Positions 6,851-14,841 of a stretch of DNA of 18,625 bases are shown here, piece by piece; position 1 is the stretch's first letter; each line of letters opens with the position of its first letter. Below the pieces are notes generated by a model, which saw only the letters and a program-made list of their open reading frames with translations, made no database searches and had not been told where the DNA came from. The DNA is from an uncultured archaeon. Lineage in GTDB: Archaea; Asgardarchaeota; Thorarchaeia; Thorarchaeales; Thorarchaeaceae. A program made the translations under genes and the position numbers. The stretch is taken from positions 1,711-20,335 of the forward strand of contig CAYYQL010000044.1 of the NCBI GenBank assembly GCA_964473825.1, given 5' to 3'.

Positions 6851-8941
6851 TCAGCCAGTCTCTTCTTCTATCTTCTTGTAAGCCTTGTATTTCATCAGAG
6901 CATAGATGCCCAGGAGCATGGTGGTGCTGAGAAGGCTGATGGGCGCAATCTCATTGACCCAGTGCTCTCGTGGATTCCAGTCCCAGCCATCCGGTAAGAA
7001 GTCGCCATCGGTATCGACATTATCGGGCAACATACCGTATTCTACCTCGTAGGCGTCGCCCCAGCCGTCCCTATCGGTGTCAGAACTTAGCGCGTCTGTT
7101 CCAATCAGTACCTCAAACAAGTCATTCAGGGTATCATTGTCCGAGTCTGGTGAGAGCGGATCAAGACCGAACTGAGCCTCAAAACCGTCTTCCAGCCCAT
7201 CCCCGTCCGTATCTGGATTAGTTGGATCTGTGAAGTAGACTGAGACTTCTTCGTAATCGTTCAGCCCATCTGCATCAGTGTCAGCCAGAAGCGGATTCGT
7301 GCCCAGTTCCAATTCCAGTCCATCGAGGAGTCCATCCTGATCAGTATCATTCAGAGCAAGACTTGAACCGATTGCATACTCCATCCCGTCTAGTGCCCCA
7401 TCATTGTCTGTATCTTGTGACAGCGGGTCACTTCCGATCTCGAGTTCCAGATTGTCTGTTAGTCCATCATCGTCGCTATCCACAGAGTAGGGGTTGGTTC
7501 CCAGTATCGCTTCGTAAGCGTCAGAGAGCGCATCACCGTCACAGTCTGAGAGGTGTGTGAGATTGAACCCAAATACAGTGGGCTCCGATCCCAGGTTTCT
7601 GATGACGAGTCTGTATGTGCCGATTGCAGAACTGAGGTATCTGAGTTTGATGAGACCGTCGTCTTCTGTACGCCGATACACCACGCTCGCTGTGTCATCT
7701 CGTTGAATCTCTGCTCTCAACGTCACATTGGCATCCCACCATACAGTGGCATTGACGTAACCACCTATGGTGTCTGAGAAGACCTGCTGAGTTGTGGATG
7801 AGTTTCCTAGTTCTCCCTGTTCATAGAATGCAGGATTATCCCCCTCATGCATCTGTCCGATATAGGCGATTGCTGCCAGAACGGATGCTACAGCCTCCGT
7901 TGCCTTGAAGTAGTTGTAATCGCCCGAGTTCCAGACATCAGCAGGTGAGGCGCTGTAGGATTCGTGCCAATAGCCCTGTGCAACGTGGACCGCAGCCCGC
8001 CCCTTCTCCCACATCTCGTATGCGAGAGAGTCTCTGGCCACGCCATGGTCTGATACATGCTGCAGTCGGGACGAGCCATATGATGCGGATATCGAGATCA
8101 GAAGGTCGGGCATCCGGAGAGTCTGATGATAGTCCGTCGTCTTGTCGTAGGTTCGGAGCGATATCTTGGTCCCATATAGGTACTGTACTCGATGGAAAAG
8201 AAGCCTTGTGAACGTAAAGGCGGTCAAGGTCTGGATCTCGTTCTCCTCTAACCACTCAACAAACGCCCTAGCACCTAGGTCATAGTCAGGGTCAAGGTTA
8301 TGACCGTTTGTCAAGACGTAGTACACATCGAACCCCAAATCGAAATCATGGAGGATTCTGGCACACTCCAATACTGCTGCAACACTGACACCCATATCAT
8401 TTGCCCCGGGAGTTTCAACACTATCGATGATTCCAGCGATGATGACTCCTGTTCTGGGTTCTGGAAGGGTTCCGTTCTTCACTGCCACAAGTGCCTGATA
8501 TTCGGTGACCTGCTGGAAGGAGAGTTCTCCATCGGTGTTATCGCCTAGTGTTGTATTCGCCCAAGTCCAAGCATCTTGGAGTCTCTGTGTGGGAGTCATG
8601 TTTTCGAACCAGATGCGATTCGAGAACTGCTGTGACATGACTCGTGTGTGGTTCTCTATTCTTGTCTTTGATGTGGCTTTGAAGACGTTCTCCCAGATTG
8701 CTGTGATATTGTTGTATTCTCCTCCTGCTATCTGACTGTGAGAAGTTGGTACTAAACCATTGTTTCTGTGTTGATAGGCATTCTGAGTGACTGGCATGAG
8801 AGCTGGCTGTAGGAGAAAGACGACAATCAGGACGAACACGATTTTGTGTTTCGAAAAGACAGGCATGGTCAATGTCCTGTTCCTGCTATCCCTTGATGGA
8901 TTAGCGCGGGCTCCGTCCCCCGTTCCCTCAGTCTCTGTCAT
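6851..8941 (-). CDS. Type I membrane protein: signal peptide, degenerate M28 peptidase-fold domain, beta-rich domain, nine TSP3-like DxDxDG Ca-binding repeats, C-terminal TM
   Basis: Hydrophobic IVFVLIVVFLL; M28-like IIAGIIDSVETPGANDMGVSVAAVLECARIL; repeats DTDxDGLxDxxE; TM ISLLSTTMLLGIYALM followed by KYKAYKK. Start may be ATG 8866. Confidence 0.85.
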   Translation of the reverse strand: MTETEGTGDGARANPSRDSRNRTLTMPVFSKHKIVFVLIVVFLLQPALMPVTQNAYQHRNNGLVPTSHSQIAGGEYNNITAIWENVFKATSKTRIENHTRVMSQQFSNRIWFENMTPTQRLQDAWTWANTTLGDNTDGELSFQQVTEYQALVAVKNGTLPEPRTGVIIAGIIDSVETPGANDMGVSVAAVLECARILHDFDLGFDVYYVLTNGHNLDPDYDLGARAFVEWLEENEIQTLTAFTFTRLLFHRVQYLYGTKISLRTYDKTTDYHQTLRMPDLLISISASYGSSRLQHVSDHGVARDSLAYEMWEKGRAAVHVAQGYWHESYSASPADVWNSGDYNYFKATEAVASVLAAIAYIGQMHEGDNPAFYEQGELGNSSTTQQVFSDTIGGYVNATVWWDANVTLRAEIQRDDTASVVYRRTEDDGLIKLRYLSSAIGTYRLVIRNLGSEPTVFGFNLTHLSDCDGDALSDAYEAILGTNPYSVDSDDDGLTDNLELEIGSDPLSQDTDNDGALDGMEYAIGSSLALNDTDQDGLLDGLELELGTNPLLADTDADGLNDYEEVSVYFTDPTNPDTDGDGLEDGFEAQFGLDPLSPDSDNDTLNDLFEVLIGTDALSSDTDRDGWGDAYEVEYGMLPDNVDTDGDFLPDGWDWNPREHWVNEIAPISLLSTTMLLGIYALMKYKAYKKIEEETG
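6959..7546 (-). repeat. Nine tandem ~22-aa (66-bp) DxDxDGxxDxxE Ca-binding repeats (bacterial TSP3 / EF-hand-like loop)
   Basis: DCDGD, DSDDD, DTDND, DTDQD, DTDAD, DTDGD, DSDND, DTDRD, DTDGD; most are followed by E...G.DP. Confidence 0.9.
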
Positions 8942-10951
8942 CTACTGCTCTCCTCGATCATATCTTCGTTTCTTCACGGCAAGCAACACAACAAGAGAAA
9001 CCGCAAAGACTCCCACCATCACAACCGGTATCGAGTTCATCCAGTGGGACTTTGGTGCCCAATCCAGTGAGTCGATTATCCCGTCACCGTCAGTATCGTT
9101 GTTGAATGGAAGGAGTTCATTTTCCACTTCATGCAGGTCTAAGAGCCCATCTCCATCAGTGTCATTTGAGAGCGGGTCTAGACCATTCAGAATCTCAAAG
9201 AGATCCGTCAGTCCATCACCGTCCGTGTCCGGATTAAGCGGGTCTGTTGAGTTACCAATCTCATATCCGTCGAACAGGCCATCGCCATCGGTGTCGTGGT
9301 TCAGGGGGTCTGTTCCATATTCGAATTCGAGGCCGTCTTCTAGGAAGTCTCTATCTGTGTCTCTATGTGTTGGGTCAAGCCCATAATCGACTTCAAAACC
9401 ATCCAAGAGCCCGTCACCGTCTGTGTCTGCCAGCAGTGGTGAGCAGCCGTATTCAATCTCAAGCCCGTCAGGCAACCCGTCCAAGTCAGTATCTATTCTT
9501 CGCGGATTGGTGCCTAGCTCTCTCTCGACAGGGTCATCCAGTCCATCCGCGTCGGTGTCTGCACATAGGCTGTCTGTCCCGAACTGGCTCTCTTCGAAGT
9601 CATTCATTCCGTCGCGATCATAGTCGTAGTAGAACAAATAGCTATACGAGACCACCACATTCTCTTCGCCTTCATTTTCAAAGACGAGTGTGTACCAAGA
9701 GGGGTTAGCTATCTGATAGGTGAGCGTAAGGTCTCCGTCATCATCCCATCGGCTGACCACGGTCTCGTCCATGTCGTCAACCAACCTCGTGACAAGTGTC
9801 TGGTTCTCATCCCAGTCTACATTGACTATGAGAAGGCTTTGACCTGCCAGAGCGAGTGAAGTATTTCTGGACCGCATGTCCGGCACGAAGACTGACCCAG
9901 TCATAGTGAGCTGGTCTCCGCCACCCATGTTGCCCAGTAGCCAGACAACCGAGGTAACAATCCCCACTGCTTCAACGGCCATCTCATAGTCATAGTACGG
10001 ATGGTTCCAGACGTCATCACTGGTCTTCAAGAGAGGGTCACCGTCTTTCTGAGCCACGCAGAAACCGGGTATTCCCCTCCCTGCTGCCTCCTGTGCTCCT
10101 GAGTGGAGCCATAATATGTCCGTCCCTTGTATCAGGTCGACATCCGAACCTATCCCGCTTTCAGAGCCAGCCTCAGAGGCTCTGTCGGCCATGTAGCCAG
10201 CAAGATTGGTTGCTTCAAGTTGAAGCGTAGGATAGTTCGCCCGCAATCCGATATGGTCGCCATCTGATTCTCTGGAATCAAAGAGAAGGGCCGAGAACCA
10301 GAAGACTGCGGCTGGCTCTCTTTCCTCGTCCTCAAGGTGATTCAGAAACGCACGCAAACCTACATTTCCCTTGACCTCTCCTCCAATCCCACCAAGGATA
10401 GTGTTGGATAGTACAAACATCACATCATTTGTCACGCTCAGCGTTGAGAGCAATCGGGCACATTCGAGAACCGCAGCAGTAGAGGCTGCATAGCCATTGG
10501 CTCCCTGATTTTCCAACGATGCAATCGTGCCGCTGATGATGATAGGTGTTCGTTGGGATGCTGTCCCGTTCATCACGGCAACAAGATTCTTCTCATCTGT
10601 CACAAGTCTGAAGGTGAGTTCTCCAGCTGTGAAATTGGATAGTGTCGTATTAGCATAATCCCAGGCACTTGAAAGAACCGGGGATGGCTCCTTGCTTCCA
10701 GAGTCCCATATTCGACCTGAGTAATTGAGGCTGAGGGTCTTGACAATGTCTTCGATGTTCTCTTGCTTGATATTATTGAAGATGGATTTCCATACGTCTA
10801 CCACAGATCGTGTGGCACTGGTCTTCATCTTCGCGTCAACGTCATATGGCGCGTCGTCTGTCACCCCATAAGGTTCCTCTACTAGTGGAGTCATTGCTAT
10901 GATGAACAGCATCATGACCACCAGGCAGGTGTATGGTTTGACCCGACTCAT
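8942..10951 (-). CDS. Paralogous type I membrane protein: degenerate M28 fold, beta-rich domain, nine DxDxDG repeats, C-terminal TM
   Basis: Signal LVVMMLFIIAM; IIISGTIASLENQGANGYAASTAAVLECARLL; repeats; TM IPVVMVGVFAVSLVVLLAV then KKRR. ATG 10951 preferred over GTG 10960 from the promoter distance. Its stop TAG abuts the ATG of the downstream paralog. Confidence 0.85.
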   Translation of the reverse strand: MSRVKPYTCLVVMMLFIIAMTPLVEEPYGVTDDAPYDVDAKMKTSATRSVVDVWKSIFNNIKQENIEDIVKTLSLNYSGRIWDSGSKEPSPVLSSAWDYANTTLSNFTAGELTFRLVTDEKNLVAVMNGTASQRTPIIISGTIASLENQGANGYAASTAAVLECARLLSTLSVTNDVMFVLSNTILGGIGGEVKGNVGLRAFLNHLEDEEREPAAVFWFSALLFDSRESDGDHIGLRANYPTLQLEATNLAGYMADRASEAGSESGIGSDVDLIQGTDILWLHSGAQEAAGRGIPGFCVAQKDGDPLLKTSDDVWNHPYYDYEMAVEAVGIVTSVVWLLGNMGGGDQLTMTGSVFVPDMRSRNTSLALAGQSLLIVNVDWDENQTLVTRLVDDMDETVVSRWDDDGDLTLTYQIANPSWYTLVFENEGEENVVVSYSYLFYYDYDRDGMNDFEESQFGTDSLCADTDADGLDDPVERELGTNPRRIDTDLDGLPDGLEIEYGCSPLLADTDGDGLLDGFEVDYGLDPTHRDTDRDFLEDGLEFEYGTDPLNHDTDGDGLFDGYEIGNSTDPLNPDTDGDGLTDLFEILNGLDPLSNDTDGDGLLDLHEVENELLPFNNDTDGDGIIDSLDWAPKSHWMNSIPVVMVGVFAVSLVVLLAVKKRRYDRGEQ
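9041..9625 (-). repeat. Nine tandem 22-aa DxDxDGxxDxxE Ca-binding repeats
   Basis: DYDRD, DTDAD, DTDLD, DTDGD, DTDRD, DTDGD x4; ends DWAPKSHW, like DWNPREHW in the paralog. Confidence 0.9.
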
Positions 10952-10977
10952 GTACCGCACTGGCTCTAGGGCTCCAG

Positions 10978-10988
10978 ATTAAGGTTTT
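10978..10988 (-). promoter_or_regulatory. Putative BRE/TATA promoter of the repeat-protein pair
   Basis: Minus strand reads AAAACCTTAAT, about 27 nt upstream of ATG 10951. Confidence 0.5.
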
Positions 10989-11106
10989 GAAGTGCGCCAT
11001 GGTAACAATCAGTCGGCGTGACATTTGACCCCCTGTTGATGCATAATCCGCTAGAAGTATATCTCTTGAATGTGGCACTGCTCCCATAGTATCCCTTGCT
11101 CTTGTA

Positions 11107-11119
11107 GCAACCTTAAAAA
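11107..11119 (+). promoter_or_regulatory. Putative BRE/TATA promoter of the ABC operon
   Basis: GCAACCTTAAAAA about 32 nt upstream of ATG 11151, followed by a GGAGA SD at 11144-11148. Confidence 0.55.
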
Positions 11120-11150
11120 TCGGGACCTAATGCATAACCTCTCGGAGACA

Positions 11151-11936
11151 ATGGCAATGGCTAGTGATGACTCAATTGCGGTCGAATGCATCGATGTTCA
11201 CAGATCATTTCAGGACGGTACCCGTACCATCGATGTCCTGAGAGGAACAGACCTGAAAGTCTACAAAGGTGACTTCGTGGCCATTGTTGGTGCTTCAGGT
11301 TCTGGGAAGACAACTCTTCTCAACCTTATAGGAGGCTTAGACCGTCCGAACAGCGGGGCTATTCTTGTTGACCAGATTGAGATAACTCCCTTGAATGACG
11401 ATGAACTATCGCGGATGCGCCGTGATAAGATAGGGATCCTCTTCCAAGATCAGCACCTCTTGCCTGTATTCACAGCTACTGAGAACGTTCAGGTTCCAAT
11501 GCTTCTCAATGAGATTCGGAGAAAGACCCGGGAGGAGAAGGCAATGAAGCTGTTAGAAGCGGTGGGCGTGGACCACCGGGCACATCACATGCCACACGAG
11601 CTTTCAGGTGGAATGCGTTCCCGAGTTGCCCTGGCCCGTGCCTTGGCCAATGACCCTGCCGTCTTACTGTGTGATGAGCCCACTGGAGATCTGGACCACA
11701 AGACAGGGGGAGAGATCATCAAACTCATGAAAGACCTGGCGAAGAAACAGAAGAGAGCAGTACTCGTCGTGACACATGATCCTGAGGTCGCCCGAATGGC
11801 AGACAAGATCATGCTTCTGAGGGATGGCCAGCTCGTTGAAGAGCTTGTCAGTGCCTTCTTCAAGGCGAGCAAGGTCGATGTATCAATACCGGGTGGAACC
11901 TCTGACCGGCCGGATGAATCTACGGCTATGAGGTGA
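11151..11936 (+). CDS. ABC transporter ATP-binding protein, LolD/MacB/SalX type
   Basis: Walker A GASGSGKT, Q-loop ILFQ, signature LSGGMR (Q replaced by M), Walker B/D-loop LLCDEPTGDLD, H-switch VVTHD. Start reassigned to ATG 11151 or 11157 using the SD and promoter. Confidence 0.95.
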   Translation: MAMASDDSIAVECIDVHRSFQDGTRTIDVLRGTDLKVYKGDFVAIVGASGSGKTTLLNLIGGLDRPNSGAILVDQIEITPLNDDELSRMRRDKIGILFQDQHLLPVFTATENVQVPMLLNEIRRKTREEKAMKLLEAVGVDHRAHHMPHELSGGMRSRVALARALANDPAVLLCDEPTGDLDHKTGGEIIKLMKDLAKKQKRAVLVVTHDPEVARMADKIMLLRDGQLVEELVSAFFKASKVDVSIPGGTSDRPDESTAMR

Positions 11937-11943
11937 ATGACTG

Positions 11944-14832
11944 GTGGTTCTTAGGTCGGAAAGGAATGGCTCATCCACTGGAAACCCCCTCTATGCGTTC
12001 TCTTACGCGCTGAGTTCCATGAGGGCATACCCCTTTAGGGCTCTCAGCCTTGCTCTCACACTCAGTCTTGGCGTTTCCCTCGTTGGGTCTATGTTCATCT
12101 GGGCCGACACAGGTGTGCAAGTCAGCGTATCCGAATACTTCGATTCCCGTGCCTATCAGATGATGATGCAAACTCCTGTTGGTCCTACGACAGAGATGGA
12201 TCTTGCTGAGCAGTTCGCCCGGGATAGTCCTCTCATCGAAAGCGTACGACGTGTCAATTCTACGGTGGGACTCGTCTACGGAACCCAATTACCCGATAGC
12301 GTCGTATACGGTATAGACAACCCAATCTATACGTACGGGTTGAAAGACTGTCAGGTACTCTTCGCTAATGAGCCTCTTCTTGACGAGATTCGGCGCGACT
12401 TCGACTATGAGGGTGAGTTCGCCCTCGATTCTGGACAGGCGCTGGTTTCTTGGCAGTTTGTGGGGTACGTTCGTGAGGTCTTCGGGATCACTCTTACTCT
12501 CAATTCCACCTTCAGTGTCGAGCTGCTCATGAGAGCCCCCTCGGGTTCCGAGGCACCGATTGGCGACTTGGGCCGAACGAGTCTAGAATTCCTGACCATA
12601 GCTGGCATCTACGAAGTGAAGGGATACGAGGGCCTCGTAGAGACTGCTTTTCCGTCTAGGATGAGGTCAAACTATGACTATCTATGGTATGATACACCAG
12701 TGCTCGGCATCCGTGACAGCATAATCGTTCTCTCAGAGGGTATGGAGTTGGACAATATCTCTGAGGAGGGATTCTTCGGCCCCAAGACATTCATGCGCGC
12801 CTCATCCACTGCACTTGTCAGTCTTGGGCCTGGTAGCATCGCTGAGAATCTTATCAATCTCAAGACACAGATGGACCAGCGTTTCGACCTCACGGTTCAA
12901 GGTCTGTCTGAGGTGCTTTATCTCCAGTCTCTCGTTGACACATATATGTCATCGACGCCGCTAGTTATGCTCAATCTTCCTATTTTCATTTTGGCACTCT
13001 TTCTCTCAGTGTTTGCCGCTGACACGTTCATGACTGCACGAAAGCCAGAAGTGAGTTCTCTCCGCGCTAAAGGTGCCAGTTCCTCACAGATTTATGGCAT
13101 ATTCATCTCGGAAGCAGTAGTTATGGCCATCGTGAGCATGATTTTGGGATTGGTACTCAGCGTTCTCTTTGCAGCTCTGATGCCTGCAACAACTGGCTTC
13201 ATGGCCTTCGATGGACAGGATTATGTGTACTATCTTTCCAACACGGTCATCAAACCGGAGGCTCTTGTCTACACGGCCCTCATCTGTCTTGTCCCTCCTT
13301 TGCTCTTCATCCTGAACTCGGCGCGGAAAGCGGCTCGGACCGAGATTGGGTCAACACTTGTTGAGACGGCTGAAGCCGTGAGCGAAAAGGAGGGAGCATA
13401 CGGTTTCACTATCGGAGCCTCTATTGTCCTGTTAGCCATGGTTTCTGGTGCTGTTCTGTTCCTACCGGCCAATCCCACTATACTCATGATTGAGCTAGGG
13501 TTGGGTACCGCAGCTTGGTTCTTCCTTGCATACAACGGATCGAGATATTCCCGACTTGGTTTTGCACGTTTGGCTTCAAAGATATCCTTCGTGCTGGGCG
13601 AGAAGAACCTGATTGCTGCGGGCAACTTGAAGATGAGAAAGGGGCGGATTGTTCCTCTGATGGTGGTTCTCGCCCTGACCTTATCCTCAACCATCGCATT
13701 CACAGTACAGGCCTATAGCTTTCAGCAAGACTTGGCACAGGAGATCGACTACTCACTCGGCGCAGACCTAAGGGTCACGTGCACAGGGCAACCCTTCTCG
13801 TTCAACGGTACTATCAAGGAGTATCCTGGCGTTAAGCGTGCTGTTCCGGTCTTGAGAACCTATGGTCAGCTGGGGCAAGAGAGAATCACTATTGCGGGGC
13901 TTGACCCGATTGAATACTCGCAGATAGGTCACTTTGATGATACTAGCTTTGGAGAACTTACTCATGAACAGGTGCTTTCCACCCTGGACAAGGTGGAGAA
14001 TGGGATTGTACTAAGTCAGTATCATGCCCGTCGATGGAACAAGAGTATTGGTGATGACATCATGCTTGCTGTCGGTGGGCGTCTTGGGCCAGTGCAGGTA
14101 ACCTTCAGAATCACAGGGTTCGTCTACACTGCACCTGGTCTAGGATATGCAGCTGAAACAGACATCCCCAAGTCCCGCCTCGGTGCTGGCTTCGGCCTTC
14201 AGGCCGCACATTCAGGCTTTGCTCTGGTGAATATAGAACACCTCTCAGAGCAGACCGAGATGACAACCGCAACTCTCTTCCTGGCAGATCTCGTCAGTGT
14301 GTACAATGAAGACTTTCTACTTCGGGCACTGGGTGACTTGCCGGGAGTATCTGCTACCACGCCAGACTCATTCGACCTTCGGAGAAGATCCTTCGGCACA
14401 GCTCTCTTCCTCAGTACCGTGGAGGGGCTGTTCTCGATTGGGTTCGCCATGTCCTTTCTATTGAGCATCTTCGCGCTCACCCTCTTCCTCGGATCTGTCG
14501 TCAGAGAGAGAAAGCGAGACTATGCAATCCTGCGTGCTGTGGGCAGTTCAAAGAAACAGGTCATTCGCGTTGTAGTGGCCGAATTCTCGGGCGTGGTTCT
14601 TGCATCTGTGACGCTGAGCCTGGTTCTTGGTGCAATCTTCGGTTTCATAATGAGTGTAGTAATCTTCTCCCTGAGTCCCTTCTCTAGAGCCCTTCCCGCA
14701 GCCATCACATTCCCAACAGGACTCCTCACTGTGGTACTTCTCTTGGAAGTGATGGCCATGATTGGGGGTTCTTACTTCCCTGCAAGAGAAGCTGCCAAGA
14801 CAGACCCCGCTATCGTACTGAGAAATCTATGA
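11944..14832 (+). CDS. ABC permease, FtsX/MacB (type VII) family, internally duplicated
   Basis: Two halves, each TM + large extracellular domain + three TM, with coupling motifs RKPEVSSLRAKGASSSQI and ERKRDYAILRAVGSSKKQV. Ends PAREAAKTDPAIVLRNL. Confidence 0.92.
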   Translation: MVLRSERNGSSTGNPLYAFSYALSSMRAYPFRALSLALTLSLGVSLVGSMFIWADTGVQVSVSEYFDSRAYQMMMQTPVGPTTEMDLAEQFARDSPLIESVRRVNSTVGLVYGTQLPDSVVYGIDNPIYTYGLKDCQVLFANEPLLDEIRRDFDYEGEFALDSGQALVSWQFVGYVREVFGITLTLNSTFSVELLMRAPSGSEAPIGDLGRTSLEFLTIAGIYEVKGYEGLVETAFPSRMRSNYDYLWYDTPVLGIRDSIIVLSEGMELDNISEEGFFGPKTFMRASSTALVSLGPGSIAENLINLKTQMDQRFDLTVQGLSEVLYLQSLVDTYMSSTPLVMLNLPIFILALFLSVFAADTFMTARKPEVSSLRAKGASSSQIYGIFISEAVVMAIVSMILGLVLSVLFAALMPATTGFMAFDGQDYVYYLSNTVIKPEALVYTALICLVPPLLFILNSARKAARTEIGSTLVETAEAVSEKEGAYGFTIGASIVLLAMVSGAVLFLPANPTILMIELGLGTAAWFFLAYNGSRYSRLGFARLASKISFVLGEKNLIAAGNLKMRKGRIVPLMVVLALTLSSTIAFTVQAYSFQQDLAQEIDYSLGADLRVTCTGQPFSFNGTIKEYPGVKRAVPVLRTYGQLGQERITIAGLDPIEYSQIGHFDDTSFGELTHEQVLSTLDKVENGIVLSQYHARRWNKSIGDDIMLAVGGRLGPVQVTFRITGFVYTAPGLGYAAETDIPKSRLGAGFGLQAAHSGFALVNIEHLSEQTEMTTATLFLADLVSVYNEDFLLRALGDLPGVSATTPDSFDLRRRSFGTALFLSTVEGLFSIGFAMSFLLSIFALTLFLGSVVRERKRDYAILRAVGSSKKQVIRVVVAEFSGVVLASVTLSLVLGAIFGFIMSVVIFSLSPFSRALPAAITFPTGLLTVVLLLEVMAMIGGSYFPAREAAKTDPAIVLRNL

Positions 14833-14841
14833 GGTTACCAG

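Noticed and set aside
6959-9625. 66-bp periodicity as a CRISPR array
   Set aside because: The period is a coding 22-aa repeat with synonymous variation, not identical DNA repeats with spacers; no cas genes.
8787-9708. Plus-strand Ser/Pro-rich ORFs (8787-9386, 9247-9708, 9423-9623)
   Set aside because: Antisense shadows of the Asp/Gly repeat codons.
11070-11150. N-terminal extension of the ABC ATPase in the ORF track
   Set aside because: It spans the TATA-like element; the SD and domain boundary favour a start at 11151 or 11157.
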